From the human T2T-CHM13v2.0 reference genome, Homo sapiens, in NCBI RefSeq assembly GCF_009914755.1, contig NC_060937.1: a stretch of DNA of 64,000 nt; one strand, given 5' to 3'. Below the pieces are notes generated by a model, which was given only the letters and a program-made list of their open reading frames with translations, made no database searches and was not told where the DNA came from. Shown here one piece after another: positions 31,901 to 49,200 of this stretch (within the stretch, counting starts at the first letter, position 1; every line of letters begins with the position of its first letter). Both the position numbers and the translations under genes were made by a program.

Positions 31901-34900
31901 TGAAAGTACATCAAATATATATTTTATTCTGTACATAAAATATCAAAGTACACCAAATATATATTCTATAGTGTACATAAAATATCAAAGTACCCAAACT
32001 GTACACTACATACTGTACATAAAATATGAAATTACATCAAATATATATTATATTAGGTACATAAAATATGAAAGTACATCAAATATACATTATATACTGT
32101 ACATAAAATACCAAAGTACCCCAAATATATATTATATACTGTACATGAAATATCAAATTTCACAAACTATATATTATATACTGTACATAAAATATCAAAG
32201 TACCGAAGCTATATATTCTATACTGTAAAAAAATATCAAAGTACCCAAAGCATGTATTATATACTGTACATAAAATATGAAAGTACATCAAATATATATT
32301 TTATTCTGTACATAAAATATCAAAGTACACCAAATATATATTCTATAGTGTACATAAAATATCAAAGTACCCAAACTATACATTATATACTGTACATAAA
32401 ATATGAAATTACATCAAATATATATTATATTAGGTACATAAAATATGAAAGTACATCAAATATAGATTATATACTGTACATAAAATACCAAAGTACCCCA
32501 AATACATATTATATACTGTACATGCAATATCAAAGTTCACAAACTATATATTATATACCGTACATAAAATATCAAAGTACCCAAGGTATATATTCTATAC
32601 TGTACAAAAAATATCAAAGTACCCAAAGCATGTATTATATACTGTACATAAAATATGAAAGTACATCAAATATATATTTTATTCTGTACATAAAATGTAA
32701 AAGTACACCAAATATATATTCTATAGTGAACATAAAATATCAAAGTACCCAAACTATACATTATATACTGTACATAAAATATGAAATTACATCAAATATA
32801 TATTATATTAGGTACATAAAATATGAAAGTACATCAAATATAAATTATATACTGTATATAAAATACCAAAGAATCCCAAATATATATTATATACTGTACA
32901 TGAAATATCAAAGTTCACAAACTATATATTATATACTGTATATAAAATATCAAAGTACCCAAGGTATATATTCTATACTGTACAAAAAATATCAAAGTAC
33001 CCAAAGCATGTATTATATACTGTTCATAAAATATGAAAGTACATCAAATATATATTTTATTCTGTACATAAAATATCAAAGTACACCAAATATATATTCT
33101 ATAGTGTACATAAAATATCAAAGTACCCAAACTATACATTATATACTGTACATAAAATATGAAATTACATCAAATATATATTATATTAGGAAAATAAAAT
33201 ATGAAAGTATATGAAATATATATTATATACTGTACATAAAATACCAAAGTACCCCAAATACATATTATATACTGTACATGAAATATCAAAGTTCACAAAC
33301 TATATATTATATACTGTACATAAAATATCAAAGTACCCATGGTACATATTCTATACTGTACAAAAAATATCAAAGTACCCAAAGCAAGTATTATGTACTG
33401 TACATAAAATATGAAAGTACATCAAATATATATTTTATTCTGTACATAAAATATCAAAGTACACCAAATATATATTCTATAGTTTACATAAAATATCAAA
33501 GTACCCAAACTATACATTATATACTGTACGTAAAATATGAAATTACATCAAATATATATTATATTAGGTACATAAAATATGAAAGTACATCAAATATAAA
33601 TTTTATACTGCACATAAAATGCCAAAGTACCCCAAATATATATTATATACTGTACATGCAATATCAAAGTTCACAAACTATATATTATATACTGTACATA
33701 AAATATCAAAGTACCGAAGGTATATATTCTATACTGTACAAAAAATATCAAAGTACGCAAAGCATGTATTATATACTGTACATAAAATATGAAAGTACAT
33801 CAAATATATATTACATTAGGTACATAAAATATGAAAGTATATCAAATATAAATTATATACTGTACATAAAATACCAAAGAACCCCAAATATATACTATAT
33901 ACTGTACATGAAATATCAAAGTTCACAAACTATATATTATATACTGTACATAAAATGTCAAAGTACTGAAGGTATATATTCTATACTGTACAAAAAATAT
34001 CAAAGTACCCAAAGCAAGTATTATATACTGTACATAAAATATGAAAGTACATCAAATATGTATTTTATTCTGTACACAAAATATCAAAGTACACCAAATA
34101 TATATTCTATAGTGTACATAAAATATCAAAGTACCCAAACTATACATTATATACTGTACATAAAATATGAAATTACATCAAATATATATTATATTAGGTA
34201 CATAAAATATGAAAGTACATCAAATATAGATTATATACTGTACATAAAATACCAAAGTACCCCAAATACATATTATATACTGTACATGCAATATCAAATT
34301 TCACAAACTATATATTATATACTGTACATAAAATATCAAAGTACCGAAGGTATATATTCTATACTGTACAAAAAATATCAAAGTACCCAAAGCAAGTATT
34401 ATATACTGTACATAAAATATGAAAGTACATCAAATATATATTTTATTCTGTACATAAAATATCAAAGTACACCAAATATATATTCTATAGTGTACATAAA
34501 ATATCAAAGTACCCAAACTGTACACTACATACTGTACATAAAATATGAAATTACATCAAATATATATTATATTAGGTACATAAAATATGAAAGTACATCA
34601 AATATAGATTATATACTGTACATAAAATACCAAAGTACCCCAAATACATATTATATACTGTACATGAAATATCAAAGTTCACAAACTATATATTATATAC
34701 TGTACAAAAAATATCAAAGTACCGAAGGTATATATTCTATACTGTACAAAAAATATCAAAGTACCCAAAGCAAGTATTATATACTGTACATAAAATATGA
34801 AAGTACATCAAATATATATTTTATTCTGTACATAAAATATCAAAGTACACCAAATATATATTCTATAGTGTACATAAAATATGAAATTACCCAAACTATA

Positions 34901-37900
34901 CATTATATACTGTACATAAAATATGAAATTACATCAAATATGTATTATATTAGGTACATAAAATATGAAAGTACATCAAATATATATTATATACTGTACA
35001 TAAAATACCAAAGTACCCCAAATATACATTATATACTGTACATGAAATATCAAAGTTCACAAACTATATATTATATACTGTACATAAAATATCAAAGTAC
35101 CAAAGATATATATTCTATACTCTACAAAAAATATCAAAGTACCCAAAGCATGTATTATATACTGTACATAAAATATGAAAGTACATCAAATATATATTTT
35201 ATTCTGTACATAAAATATCAAAGTACACCAAATATATATTCTATAGTGTACATAAAATATCAAAGTACCCAAACGGTACACTACATACTGTACATAAAAT
35301 ATGAAATTACATCAAATATATATTATATTAGGTACATAAAATATGAAAGTACATCAAATATACATTATATACTGTACATAAAATACCAAAGTACCCCAAA
35401 TATATATTATATACTGTACATGAAATATCAAATTTCACAAACTATATATTATATACTGTACATAAAATATCAAAGTACCGAAGCTATATATTCTATACTG
35501 TAAAAAAATATCAAAGTACCCAAAGCATGTATTATATACTGTACATAAAATATGAAAGTACATCAAATATATATTTTATTCTGTACATAAAATATCAAAG
35601 TACACCAAATATATATTCTATAGTGTACATAAAATATCAAAGTACCCAAACTATACATTATATACTGTACATAAAATATGAAATTACATCAAATATATAT
35701 TATATTAGGTACATAAAATATGAAAGTACATCAAATATAGATTATATACTGTACATAAAATACCAAAGTACCCCAAATACATATTATATACTGTACATGC
35801 AATATCAAAGTTTACAAACTATATATTATATACTGTACATAAAATATCAAAGTACCCAAGGTATATATTCTATACTGTACAAAAAATATCAAAGTACCCA
35901 AAGCATGTATTATATACTGTACATAAAATATGAAAGTACATCAAATATATATTTTATTCTGTACATAAAATGTAAAAGTACACCAAATATATATTCTATA
36001 GTGTACATAAAATATCAAAGTACCCAAACTATACATTATATACTGTACATAAAATATGAAATTACATCAAATATATATTATATTAGGTACATAAAATATG
36101 AAAGTACATCAAATATAAATTATATACTGTATATAAAATACCAAAGAATCCCAAATATATATTATATACTGTACATGAAATATCAAATTTCACAAACTAT
36201 ATATTATATACTGTATATAAAATATCAAAGTACCCAAGGTATATATTCTATACTGTACAAAAAATATCAAAGTACCCAAAGCATGTATTATATACTGTTC
36301 ATAAAATATGAAAGTACATCAAATATATATTTTATTCTGTACATAAAATATCAAAGTACACCAAATATATATTCTATAGTGTACATAAAATATCAAAGTA
36401 CCCAAACTATACATTATATACTGTACATAAAATATGAAATTACATCAAATATATATTATATTAGGAAAATAAAATATGAAAGTATATGAAATATATATTA
36501 TATACTGTACATAAAATACCAAAGTACCCCAAATACATATTATATACTGTACATGAAATATCAAAGTTCACAAACTATATATTATATACTGTACATAAAA
36601 TATCAAAGTACCCATGGTACATATTCTATACTGTACAAACAATATCAAAGTACCCAAAGCAATTATTATGTACTGTACATAAAATATGAAAGTACATCAA
36701 ATATATATTTTATTCTGTACATAAAATATCAAAGTACACCAAATATATATTCTATAGTTTACATAAAATATCAAAGTACCCAAACTATACATTATATACT
36801 GTACATAAAATATGAAATTACATCAAATATATATTATATTAGGTACATAAAATATGAAAGTACATCAAATATAAATTTTATACTGCACATAAAATGCCAA
36901 AGTACCCCAAATATATATTATATACTGTACATGCAATATCAAAGTTCACAAACTATATATTATATACTGTACATAAAATATCAAAGTACCGAAGGTATAT
37001 ATTCTATACTGTACAAAAAATTTCAAAGTACGCAAAGCATGTATTATATACTGTACATAAAATATGAAAGTACGTCAAATATATATTACATTAGGTACAT
37101 AAAATATGAAAGTATATCAAATATAAATTATATACTGTACATAAAATACCAAAGAACCCCAAATATATACTATATACTGTACATGAAATATCAAAGTTCA
37201 CAAACTATATATTATATACTGTACATAAAATGTCAAAGTACTGAAGGTATATATTCTATACTGTACAAAAAATATCAAAGTACCCAAAGCAAGTATTATA
37301 TACTGTACATAAAATATGAAAGTACATCAAATATGTATTTTATTCTGTACACAAAATATCAAAGTACACCAAATATATATTCTATAGTGTACATAAAATA
37401 TCAAAGTACCCAAACTATACATTATATACTGTACATAAAATATGAAATTACATCAAATATATATTATATTAGGTACATAAAATATGAAAGTACATCAAAT
37501 ATAGATTATATACTGTACATAAAATACCAAAGTACCCCAAATACATATTATATACTGTACATGCAATATCAAATTTCACAAACTATATATTATATACTGT
37601 ACATAAAATATCAAAGTACCGAAGGTATATATTCTATACTGTACAAAAAATATCAAAGTACCCAAAGCAAGTATTATATACTGTACATAAAATATGAAAG
37701 TACATCAAATATATATTTTATTCTGTACATAAAATATCAAAGTACACCAAATATATATTCTATAGTGTACATAAAATATCAAAGTACCCAAACTGTACAC
37801 TACATACTGTACATAAAATATGAAATTACATCAAATATATATTATATTAGGTACATAAAATATGAAAGTACATCAAATATAGATTATATACTGTACATAA

Positions 37901-40900
37901 AATACCAAAGTACCCCAAATACATATTATATACTGTACATGAAATATCAAAGTTCACAAACTATATATTATATACTGTACAAAAAATATCAAAGTACCGA
38001 AGGTATATATTCTATACTGTACAAAAAATATCAAAGTACCCAAAGCAAGTATTATATACTGTACATAAAATATGAAAGTACATCAAATATATATTTTATT
38101 CTGTACATAAAATATCAAAGTACACCAAATATATATTCTATAGTGTACATAAAATATGAAATTACCCAAACTATACATTATATACTGTACATAAAATATG
38201 AAATTACATCAAATATGTATTATATTAGGTACATAAAATATGAAAGTACATCAAATATATATTATATACTGTACATAAAATACCAAAGTACCCCAAATAT
38301 ACATTATATACTGTACATGAAATATCAAAGTTCACAAACTATATATTATATACTGTACATAAAATATCAAAGTACCAAAGATATATATTCTATACTCTAC
38401 AAAAAATATCAAAGTACCCAAAGCATGTATTATATACTGTACATAAAATATGAAAGTACATCAAATATATATTTTATTCTGTACATAAAATATCAAAGTA
38501 CACCAAATATATATTCTATAGTGTACATAAAATATCAAAGTACCCAAACGGTACACTACATACTGTACATAAAATATGAAATTACATCAAATATATATTA
38601 TATTAGGTACATAAAATATGAAAGTACATCAAATATACATTATATAATGTACATAAAATACCAAAGTACCCCAAATATATATTATATACTGTACATGAAA
38701 TATCAAATTTCACAAACTATATATTATATACTGTACATAAAATATCAAAGTACCGAAGCTATATATTCTATACTGTAAAAAAATATCAAAGTACCCAAAG
38801 CATGTATTATATACTGTACATAAAATATGAAAGTACATCAAATATATATTTTATTCTGTACATAAAATATCAAAGTACACCAAATATATATTCTATAGTG
38901 TACATAAAATATCAAAGTACCCAAACTATACATTATATACTGTACATAAAATATGAAATTACATCAAATATATATTATATTAGGTACATAAAATATGAAA
39001 GTACATCAAATATAGATTATATACTGTACATAAAATACCAAAGTACCCCAAATACATATTATATACTGTACATGCAATATCAAAGTTTACAAACTATATA
39101 TTATATACTGTACATAAAATATCAAAGTACCCAAGGTATATATTCTATACTGTACAAAAAATATCAAAGTACCCAAAGCATGTATTATATACTGTACATA
39201 AAATATGAAAGTACATCAAATATATATTTTATTCTGTACATAAAATGTAAAAGTACACCAAATATATATTCTATAGTGTACATAAAATATCAAAGTACCC
39301 AAACTATACATTATATACTGTACATAAAATATGAAATTACATCAAATATATATTATATTAGGTACATAAAATATGAAAGTACATCAAATATAAATTATAT
39401 ACTGTATATAAAATACCAAAGAATCCCAAATATATATTATATACTGTACATGAAATATCAAATTTCACAAACTATATATTATATACTGTATATAAAATAT
39501 CAAAGTACCCAAGGTATATATTCTATACTGTACAAAAAATATCAAAGTACCCAAAGCATGTATTATATACTGTTCATAAAATATGAAAGTACATCAAATA
39601 TATATTTTATTCTGTACATAAAATATCAAAGTACACCAAATATATATTCTATAGTGTACATAAAATATCAAAGTACCCAAACTATACATTATATACTGTA
39701 CATAAAATATGAAATTACATCAAATATATATTATATTAGGAAAATAAAATATGAAAGTATATGAAATATATATTATATACTGTACATAAAATACCAAAGT
39801 ACCCCAAATACATATTATATACTGTACATGAAATATCAAAGTTCACAAACTATATATTATATACTGTACATAAAATATCAAAGTACCCATGGTACATATT
39901 CTATACTGTACAAACAATATCAAAGTACCCAAAGCAATTATTATGTACTGTACATAAAATATGAAAGTACATCAAATATATATTTTATTCTGTACATAAA
40001 ATATCAAAGTACACCAAATATATATTCTATAGTTTACATAAAATATCAAAGTACCCAAACTATACATTATATACTGTACATAAAATATGAAATTACATCA
40101 AATATATATTATATTAGGTACATAAAATATGAAAGTACATCAAATATAAATTTTATACTGCACATAAAATGCCAAAGTACCCCAAATATATATTATATAC
40201 TGTACATGCAATATCAAAGTTCACAAACTATATATTATATACTGTACATAAAATATCAAAGTACCGAAGGTATATATTCTATACTGTACAAAAAATATCA
40301 AAGTACGCAAAGCATGTATTATATACTGTACATAAAATATGAAAGTACGTCAAATATATATTACATTAGGTACATAAAATATGAAAGTATATCAAATATA
40401 AATTATATACTGTACATAAAATACCAAAGAACCCCAAATATATACTATATACTGTACATGAAATATCAAAGTTCACAAACTATATATTATATACTGTACA
40501 TAAAATGTCAAAGTACTGAAGGTATATATTCTATACTGTACAAAAAATATCAAAGTACCCAAAGCAAGTATTATATACTGTACATAAAATATGAAAGTAC
40601 ATCAAATATGTATTTTATTCTGTACACAAAATATCAAAGTACACCAAATATATATTCTATAGTGTACATAAAATATCAAAGTACCCAAACTATACATTAT
40701 ATACTGTACATAAAATATGAAATTACATCAAATATATATTATATTAGGTACATAAAATATGAAAGTACATCAAATATAGATTATATACTGTACATAAAAT
40801 ACCAAAGTACCCCAAATACATATTATATACTGTACATGCAATATCAAATTTCACAAACTATATATTATATACTGTACATAAAATATCAAAGTACCGAAGG

Positions 40901-41000
40901 TATATATTCTATACTGTACAAAAAATATCAAAGTACCCAAAGCAAGTATTATATACTGTACATAAAATATGAAAGTACATCAAATATATATTTTATTCTG
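31900..41000. repeat. Array domain C: about 2.8 tandem copies of a 3275-bp super-repeat (9x378 - 126 - 1)
   Basis: ORF triplets 32252/35527/38802, 33211/36486/39761 and 33278/36553/39828. The CCATGG marker sits at 33337, 36612 and 39887. Confidence 0.92.
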
Positions 41001-43200
41001 TACATAAAATATCAAAGTACACCAAATATATATTCTATAGTTTACATAAAATATCAAAGTACCCAAACTATACATTATATACTGTATATAAAATATGAAA
41101 TTACATCAAATATATATTATATTAGGTACATAAAATATGAAAGTAAATCAAATATAAATTATATACTGTACATAAAATACCAAAGTACCCCAAATATATA
41201 TTATATACTGTACATGCAATATCAAAATTCACAAACTATATATTATATACTGTACATAAAATATCAAAGTACCGAAGGTATATATTCTATACTCTACAAA
41301 AAATATCAAAGTACGCAAAGCATGTAATATATTCTGTACATAAAATATGAATGTACATCAAATATATATTTTATTCTGTACATAAAATATCAAAGTACAC
41401 CAAATATATATTCTATAGTGTACATAAAATATCAAAGTACCCAAACTATACATTATATACTGTACAAAAAATATGAAATTACATCAAATATATATTATAT
41501 TAGGTACATAAAATATGAAAGTACATCAAATATAGATTATATACTGTACATAAAATACCAAAGAACCCCAAATATATATTATATACTGTACATGAAATAT
41601 CAAAGTTCACAAACTATATATTATATACTGTACATAAAATATCAAAGTACCCAAGGTATATATTCTATACTGTACAAAAAATATCAAAGTACCCAAAGCA
41701 TGTATTATATACTGTTAATAAAATATGAAAATACATCAAATATATATTTTATTCTGTACATAAAATATCAAAGTACAACAAATATATATTCTATAGTGTA
41801 CATAAAATATCAAATTACCCAAACTATACATTATCTACTGTACATAAAATACGAAATTACATGAAATATATATTATATTAGGTACATAAAATATGAAAGT
41901 ACATCAAATATAAATTATATACTGTACATAACATATCAAAGTACCCCGAATATATATTATATACTGTACATGAAATATCAAAGTTCACAAACTATATATT
42001 ATATACTGTACATGAAATATCAAAGAACCCAAGGTATATATTCTATACTGTACAAAAAATATCAAAGTACCCAAAACATGTATTATATAGTGTTCATAAA
42101 ATATGAAAGTACATCAAATATATATTTTATACTCTACATAAAATATCAAACTACACCAAATATATATTCTATAGTGTACATAAAATATCAAAGTACCCAA
42201 ACTATACATTATATACTGTACATAAAATATGAAATTACATCAAATATATATTACATTAGGTACATAAAATATGAAAGTACATCAAATATAGATTATATAC
42301 TCTACATAAAATATCAAAGTACCACAAATATACATTATATAGTGTACATGAAATATCAAAGCTCACAAACTATATATTATATACTGTACATAAAATATGA
42401 AATTACCCAATGTATATATTCTATATTGTACAAAAAATATCAAAGTACCCAAAGCATGTATTATATACTGTACATAAAATATGAAAGTACATCAAATATA
42501 TATTTTATTCTGTACATAAAATATCAAAGTACACCAAATATATATTCTATAGTGTACATAAAATATCAAAGTACCCAAACTATACATAATAATCTGTACA
42601 TAAAATATGAAATTACATCAAATATATACTATATTATGTACATAAAATATGAAAGTACATCAAATATAGATTATATACCGTACATAAAATACCAAAGTAC
42701 CCCAAATACATATTTTATACTGTACATGCAATATCAAAGTTCACAAACTATATATAATATACTGTACATAAAATATCAAAGTACCGAAAGTATATATTCT
42801 ATACTGTACGAAAAATATTAAAGTACCCAAAGCATGTATTATATACTGTACATAAAATATGAAAGTACATCAAATATATATTTTATTCTGTACATAAAAT
42901 ATCAAAGTACACCAAATATATATTCTATAGTGTACGTAAAATATCAAAGTACCCAAACTATACATTATATACTGTACATAAAATATGAAATTACATCAAA
43001 TATATATTATATTAGGTACATAAAATATGAAAGTACATCAAATATAAATTATATACTGTACATAAAATACCAAAGAACCCCAAATACATATTATATACTG
43101 TACATGAAATATCAAAGTTCACAAACTATATATTATATACTGTACATAAAATATCAAAGTACCCAAGGTATATATTCTATACTGTACAAAAAATATCAAA
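41000..43200. repeat. More diverged transitional run of 378-bp units between domains C and D
   Basis: Many singleton variants (e.g. ACATAACATATC about 41925, GTACCCCGAA 41941, AAAGCTCAC about 42358). No super-period is evident. Confidence 0.65.
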
Positions 43201-46200
43201 GTACCCAAAGCATGTATTATATAGTGTATATAAAATATGAAAGTACATCAAATATATATTTAATTCTGTACATAAAATATCAAAGTACACCAAATATATA
43301 TTCTATACTGTACATAAAATATCAAAGTACCCAAACTATACATTATATACTGTACATAAAATATGAAATTACATCAAATATATATTATATTAGGTACATA
43401 AAATATGAAAGTACATCAAATATAGATTATACACTGTACATAAAATACCAAAGAACCCCAAATATATATTATATACTGTACATGAAATATCAAAGTTCAC
43501 AAACTATATATTATATAATGTACATAAAATATCAAAGTACCCAAGGTATATATTCTATACTGTACAAAAAATATCAAAGTACGCAAACATGTATTATATA
43601 CTGTACATAAAATATGAAATTACATCAAATATATATTATATTAGGTACATAAAATATGAAAGTACATCAAATATAGATTATATACTGTACATAAAATACC
43701 AAAGAACCCCAAATATATATTATATACTGTACATGAAATATCAAAGTTCACAAACTATATATTATATACTGTACATAAAATATCAAAGTACCCAAGGTAT
43801 ATATTCTATACTGTACAAAAAATATCAAAGTACCCAAAGCATGTATTATATAGTGTATATAAAATATGAAAGTACATCAAATATATATTTAATTCTGTAC
43901 ATAAAATATCAAAGTACACCAAATATATATTCTATACTGTACATAAAATATCAAAGTACCCAAACTATACATTATATACTGTACATAAAATATGAAATTA
44001 CATCAAATATATATTATATTAGGTACATAAAATATGAAAGTACATCAAATATAGATTATACACTGTACATAAAATACCAAAGTACCCCAAATATATATTA
44101 TATACTGTACATGAAATATCAAAGTTCACAAACTATATATTATATACTGTACATAAAATATCAAAGTACCCAAGGTATATATTCTATACTGTACAAAAAA
44201 TATCAAAGTTCCCAAAGCATGTATTATATACTGTTAATAAAATATGAAAGTACATCAAATATATATTTAATTCTGTACATAAAATATCAAAGTACACCAA
44301 ATATATATTCTATAGTGTACATAAAATATCAAAGTACCCAAACTATACATTATATACTGTACATAAAATATGAAATTACATCAAATATATATTATATTAG
44401 GTACATAAAATATGAAAGTACATCAAATATAGATTATATACTGTACATAAAATACCAAAGTACCCCAAATACATATTATATACTGTACATGAAATATCAA
44501 AGTTCACAAACTATATATTGTATACTGTACATAAAATATCAAAGTACCGAAGGGATATATTCTATAGTGTACAAAAAATATCAAAGTACCCAAAGCATGT
44601 ATTATATACTGTACATAAAATATGAAAGTACATGAAATATATATTTTATTCTGTACATAAAATATCAAAGTACACCAAATATATATTCTATAGTGTACAT
44701 AAAATATCAAAGTACCCAGACTATACATTATATACTGTACATAAAACATGAAATTACATCCAATATATATTATATTAGGTACATAAAATATGAAAGTACA
44801 TCAAATATAAATTATATACTGTACATAAAATACCAAAGTACCCCAAATATATATTATATACTGTACATGAAATATCAAAGTTCACAAACTATATATTATA
44901 TACTGTACATAAAATATCAAAGTACCCAAGGTATATATTCTATACTGTACAAAAAATATCAAAGTACCCAAAGCATGTATTATATAGTGTATATAAAATA
45001 TGAAAGTACATCAAATATATATTTAATTCTGTACATAAAATATCAAAGTACACCAAATATATATTCTATAGTGTACATTAAATATCAAACTACCCAAACT
45101 ATACATTATATACTGTACATAAAATATGAAATTACATCAAATATATATTATATTAGGTACATAAAATATGAAAGTACATCAAATATAGATTATACACTGT
45201 ACATAAAATACCAAAGAACCCCAAATATATATTATATACTGTACATGAAATATCAAAGTTCACAAACTATATATTATATACTGTACATAAAATATCAAAG
45301 TACCCAAGGTATATATTCTATACTGTACAAAAAATATCAAAGTACCCAAAGCATGTATTATATAGTGTATATAAAATATGAAAGTACATCAAATATATAT
45401 TTAATTCTGTACATAAAATATCAAAGTACACCAAATATATATTCTATACTGTACATAAAATATCAAAGTACCCAAACTATACATTATATACTGTACATAA
45501 AATATGAAATTACATCAAATATATATTATATTAGGTACATAAAATATGAAAGTACATCAAATATAGATTATACACTGTACATAAAATACCAAAGAACCCC
45601 AAATATATATTATATACTGTACATGAAATATCAAAGTTCACAAACTATATATTATATAATGTACATAAAATATCAAAGTACCCAAGGTATATATTCTATA
45701 CTGTACAAAAAATATCAAAGTACGCAAACATGTATTATATACTGTACATTAAATATGAAATTACATCAAATATATATTATATTAGGTACATAAAATATGA
45801 AAGTACATCAAATATACATTATATAATGTACATAAAATACCAAAGTACCCCAAATATATATTATATACTGTACATGAAATATCAAAGTTCACAAACTATA
45901 TATTATATACTGTACATAAAATATCAAAGTACCGAAGGGATATATTCTATAATGTACAAAAAATATCAAAGTACCCAAAGCATGTATTATATACTGTACA
46001 TAAAATATGAAAGTACATGAAATATATATTTTATTCTGTACATAAAATATCAAAGTACACCAAATATATATTCTATAGTGTACATAAAATATCAAAGTAC
46101 CCAGACTATACATTATATACTGTACATAAAACATGAAATTACATCCAATATATATTATATTTGGTACATAAAATATGAAAGTACATCAAATATAAATTAT

Positions 46201-49200
46201 ATACTGTACATAAAATACCAAAGTACCCCAAATATATATTATATACTGTACATGAAATATCAAAGTTCACAAACTATATATTATATACTGTACATAAAAT
46301 ATCAAAGTACCCAAGGTATATATTCTATACTGTACAAAAAATATCAAAGTTCCCAAAGCATGTATTATATACTGTTAATAAAATATGAAAGTACATCAAA
46401 TATATATTTAATTCTGTACATAAAATATCAAAGTACACCAAATATATATTCTATAGTGTACATAAAATATCAAAGTACCCAAACTATACATTATATACTG
46501 TACATAAAATATGAAATTACATCAAATATATATTATATTAGGTACATAAAATATGAAAGTACATCAAATATAGATTATATACTGTACATAAAATACCAAA
46601 GTACCCCAAATACATATTATATACTGTACATGAAATATCAAAGTTCACAAACTATATATTGTATACTGTACATAAAATATCAAAGTACCGAAGGGATATA
46701 TTCTATAGTGTACAAAAAATATCAAAGTACCCAAAGCATGTATTATATACTGTACATAAAATATGAAAGTACATGAAATATATATTTTATTCTGTACATA
46801 AAATATCAAAGTACACCAAATATATATTCTATAGTGTACATAAAATATCAAAGTACCCAGACTATACATTATATACTGTACATAAAACATGAAATTACAT
46901 CCAATATATATTATATTAGGTACATAAAATATGAAAGTACATCAAATATAAATTATATACTGTACATAAAATACCAAAGTACCCCAAATATATATTATAT
47001 ACTGTACATGAAATATCAAAGTTCACAAACTATATATTATATACTGTACATAAAATATCAAAGTACCCAAGGTATATATTCTATACTGTACAAAAAATAT
47101 CAAAGTACCCAAAGCATGTATTATATAGTGTATATAAAATATGAAAGTACATCAAATATATATTTAATTCTGTACATAAAATATCAAAGTACACCAAATA
47201 TATATTCTATAGTGTACATTAAATATCAAACTACCCAAACTATACATTATATACTGTACATAAAATATGAAATTACATCAAATATATATTATATTAGGTA
47301 CATAAAATATGAAAGTACATCAAATATAGATTATACACTGTACATAAAATACCAAAGAACCCCAAATATATATTATATACTGTACATGAAATATCAAAGT
47401 TCACAAACTATATATTATATACTGTACATAAAATATCAAAGTACCCAAGGTATATATTCTATACTGTACAAAAAATATCAAAGTACCCAAAGCATGTATT
47501 ATATAGTGTATATAAAATATGAAAGTACATCAAATATATATTTAATTCTGTACATAAAATATCAAAGTACACCAAATATATATTCTATACTGTACATAAA
47601 ATATCAAAGTACCCAAACTATACATTATATACTGTACATAAAATATGAAATTACATCAAATATATATTATATTAGGTACATAAAATATGAAAGTACATCA
47701 AATATAGATTATACACTGTACATAAAATACCAAAGAACCCCAAATATATATTATATACTGTACATGAAATATCAAAGTTCACAAACTATATATTATATAA
47801 TGTACATAAAATATCAAAGTACCCAAGGTATATATTCTATACTGTACAAAAAATATCAAAGTACGCAAACATGTATTATATACTGTACATTAAATATGAA
47901 ATTACATCAAATATATATTATCTTAGGTACATAAAATATGAAAGTACATCAAATATACATTATATAATGTACATAAAATACCAAAGAACCCCAAATATAT
48001 ATTATATACTGTACATGAAATATCAAAGTTCACAAACTATATATTATATACTGTACATAAAATATCAAAGTACCGAAGGGATATATTCTATAATGTACAA
48101 AAAATATCAAAGTACCCAAAGCATGTATTATATACTGTACATAAAATATGAAAGTACATCAAATATATATTTTATTCTGTACATAAAATATCAAAGTACA
48201 CCAAATATATATTCTATAGTGTACATAAAATATCAAAGTACCCAGACTATACATTATATACTGTACATAAAACATGAAATTACATCCAATATATATTATA
48301 TTTGGTACATAAAATATGAAAGTACATCAAATATAAATTATATACTGTACATAAAATACCAAAGTACCCCAAATATATATTATATACTGTACATGAAATA
48401 TCAAAGTTCACAAACTATATATTATATACTGTACATAAAATATCAAAGTACCCAAGGTATATATTCTATACTGTACAAAAAATATCAAAGTTCCCAAAGC
48501 ATGTATTATATACTGTTAATAAAATATGAAAGTACATCAAATATATATTTAATTCTGTACATAAAATATCAAAGTACACCAAATATATATTCTATAGTGT
48601 ACATAAAATATCAAAGTACCCAAACTATACATTATATACTGTACATAAAATATGAAATTACATCAAATATATATTATATTAGGTACATAAAATATGAAAG
48701 TACATCAAATATATATTATATACTGTACATAAAATACCAAAGTACCCCAAATACATATTATATACTGTACATGAAATATCAAAGTTCACAAACTATATAT
48801 TGTATACTGTACATAAAATATCAAAGTACCGAAGGGATATATTCTATACTGTACAAAAAATATCAAAGTACCCAAAGCATGTATTATATACTGTACATAA
48901 AATATGAAAGTACATGAAATATATATTTTATTCTGTACATAAAATATCAAAGTACACCAAATATATATTCTATAGTGTACATAAAATATCAAAGTACCCA
49001 GACTATACATTATATACTGTACATAAAACATGAAATTACATCCAATATATATTATATTAGGTACATAAAATATGAAAGTACATCAAATATAAATTATATA
49101 CTGTACATAAAATACCAAAGTACCCCAAATATATATTATATACTGTACATGAAATATCAAAGTTCACAAACTATATATTATATACTGTACATAAAATATC

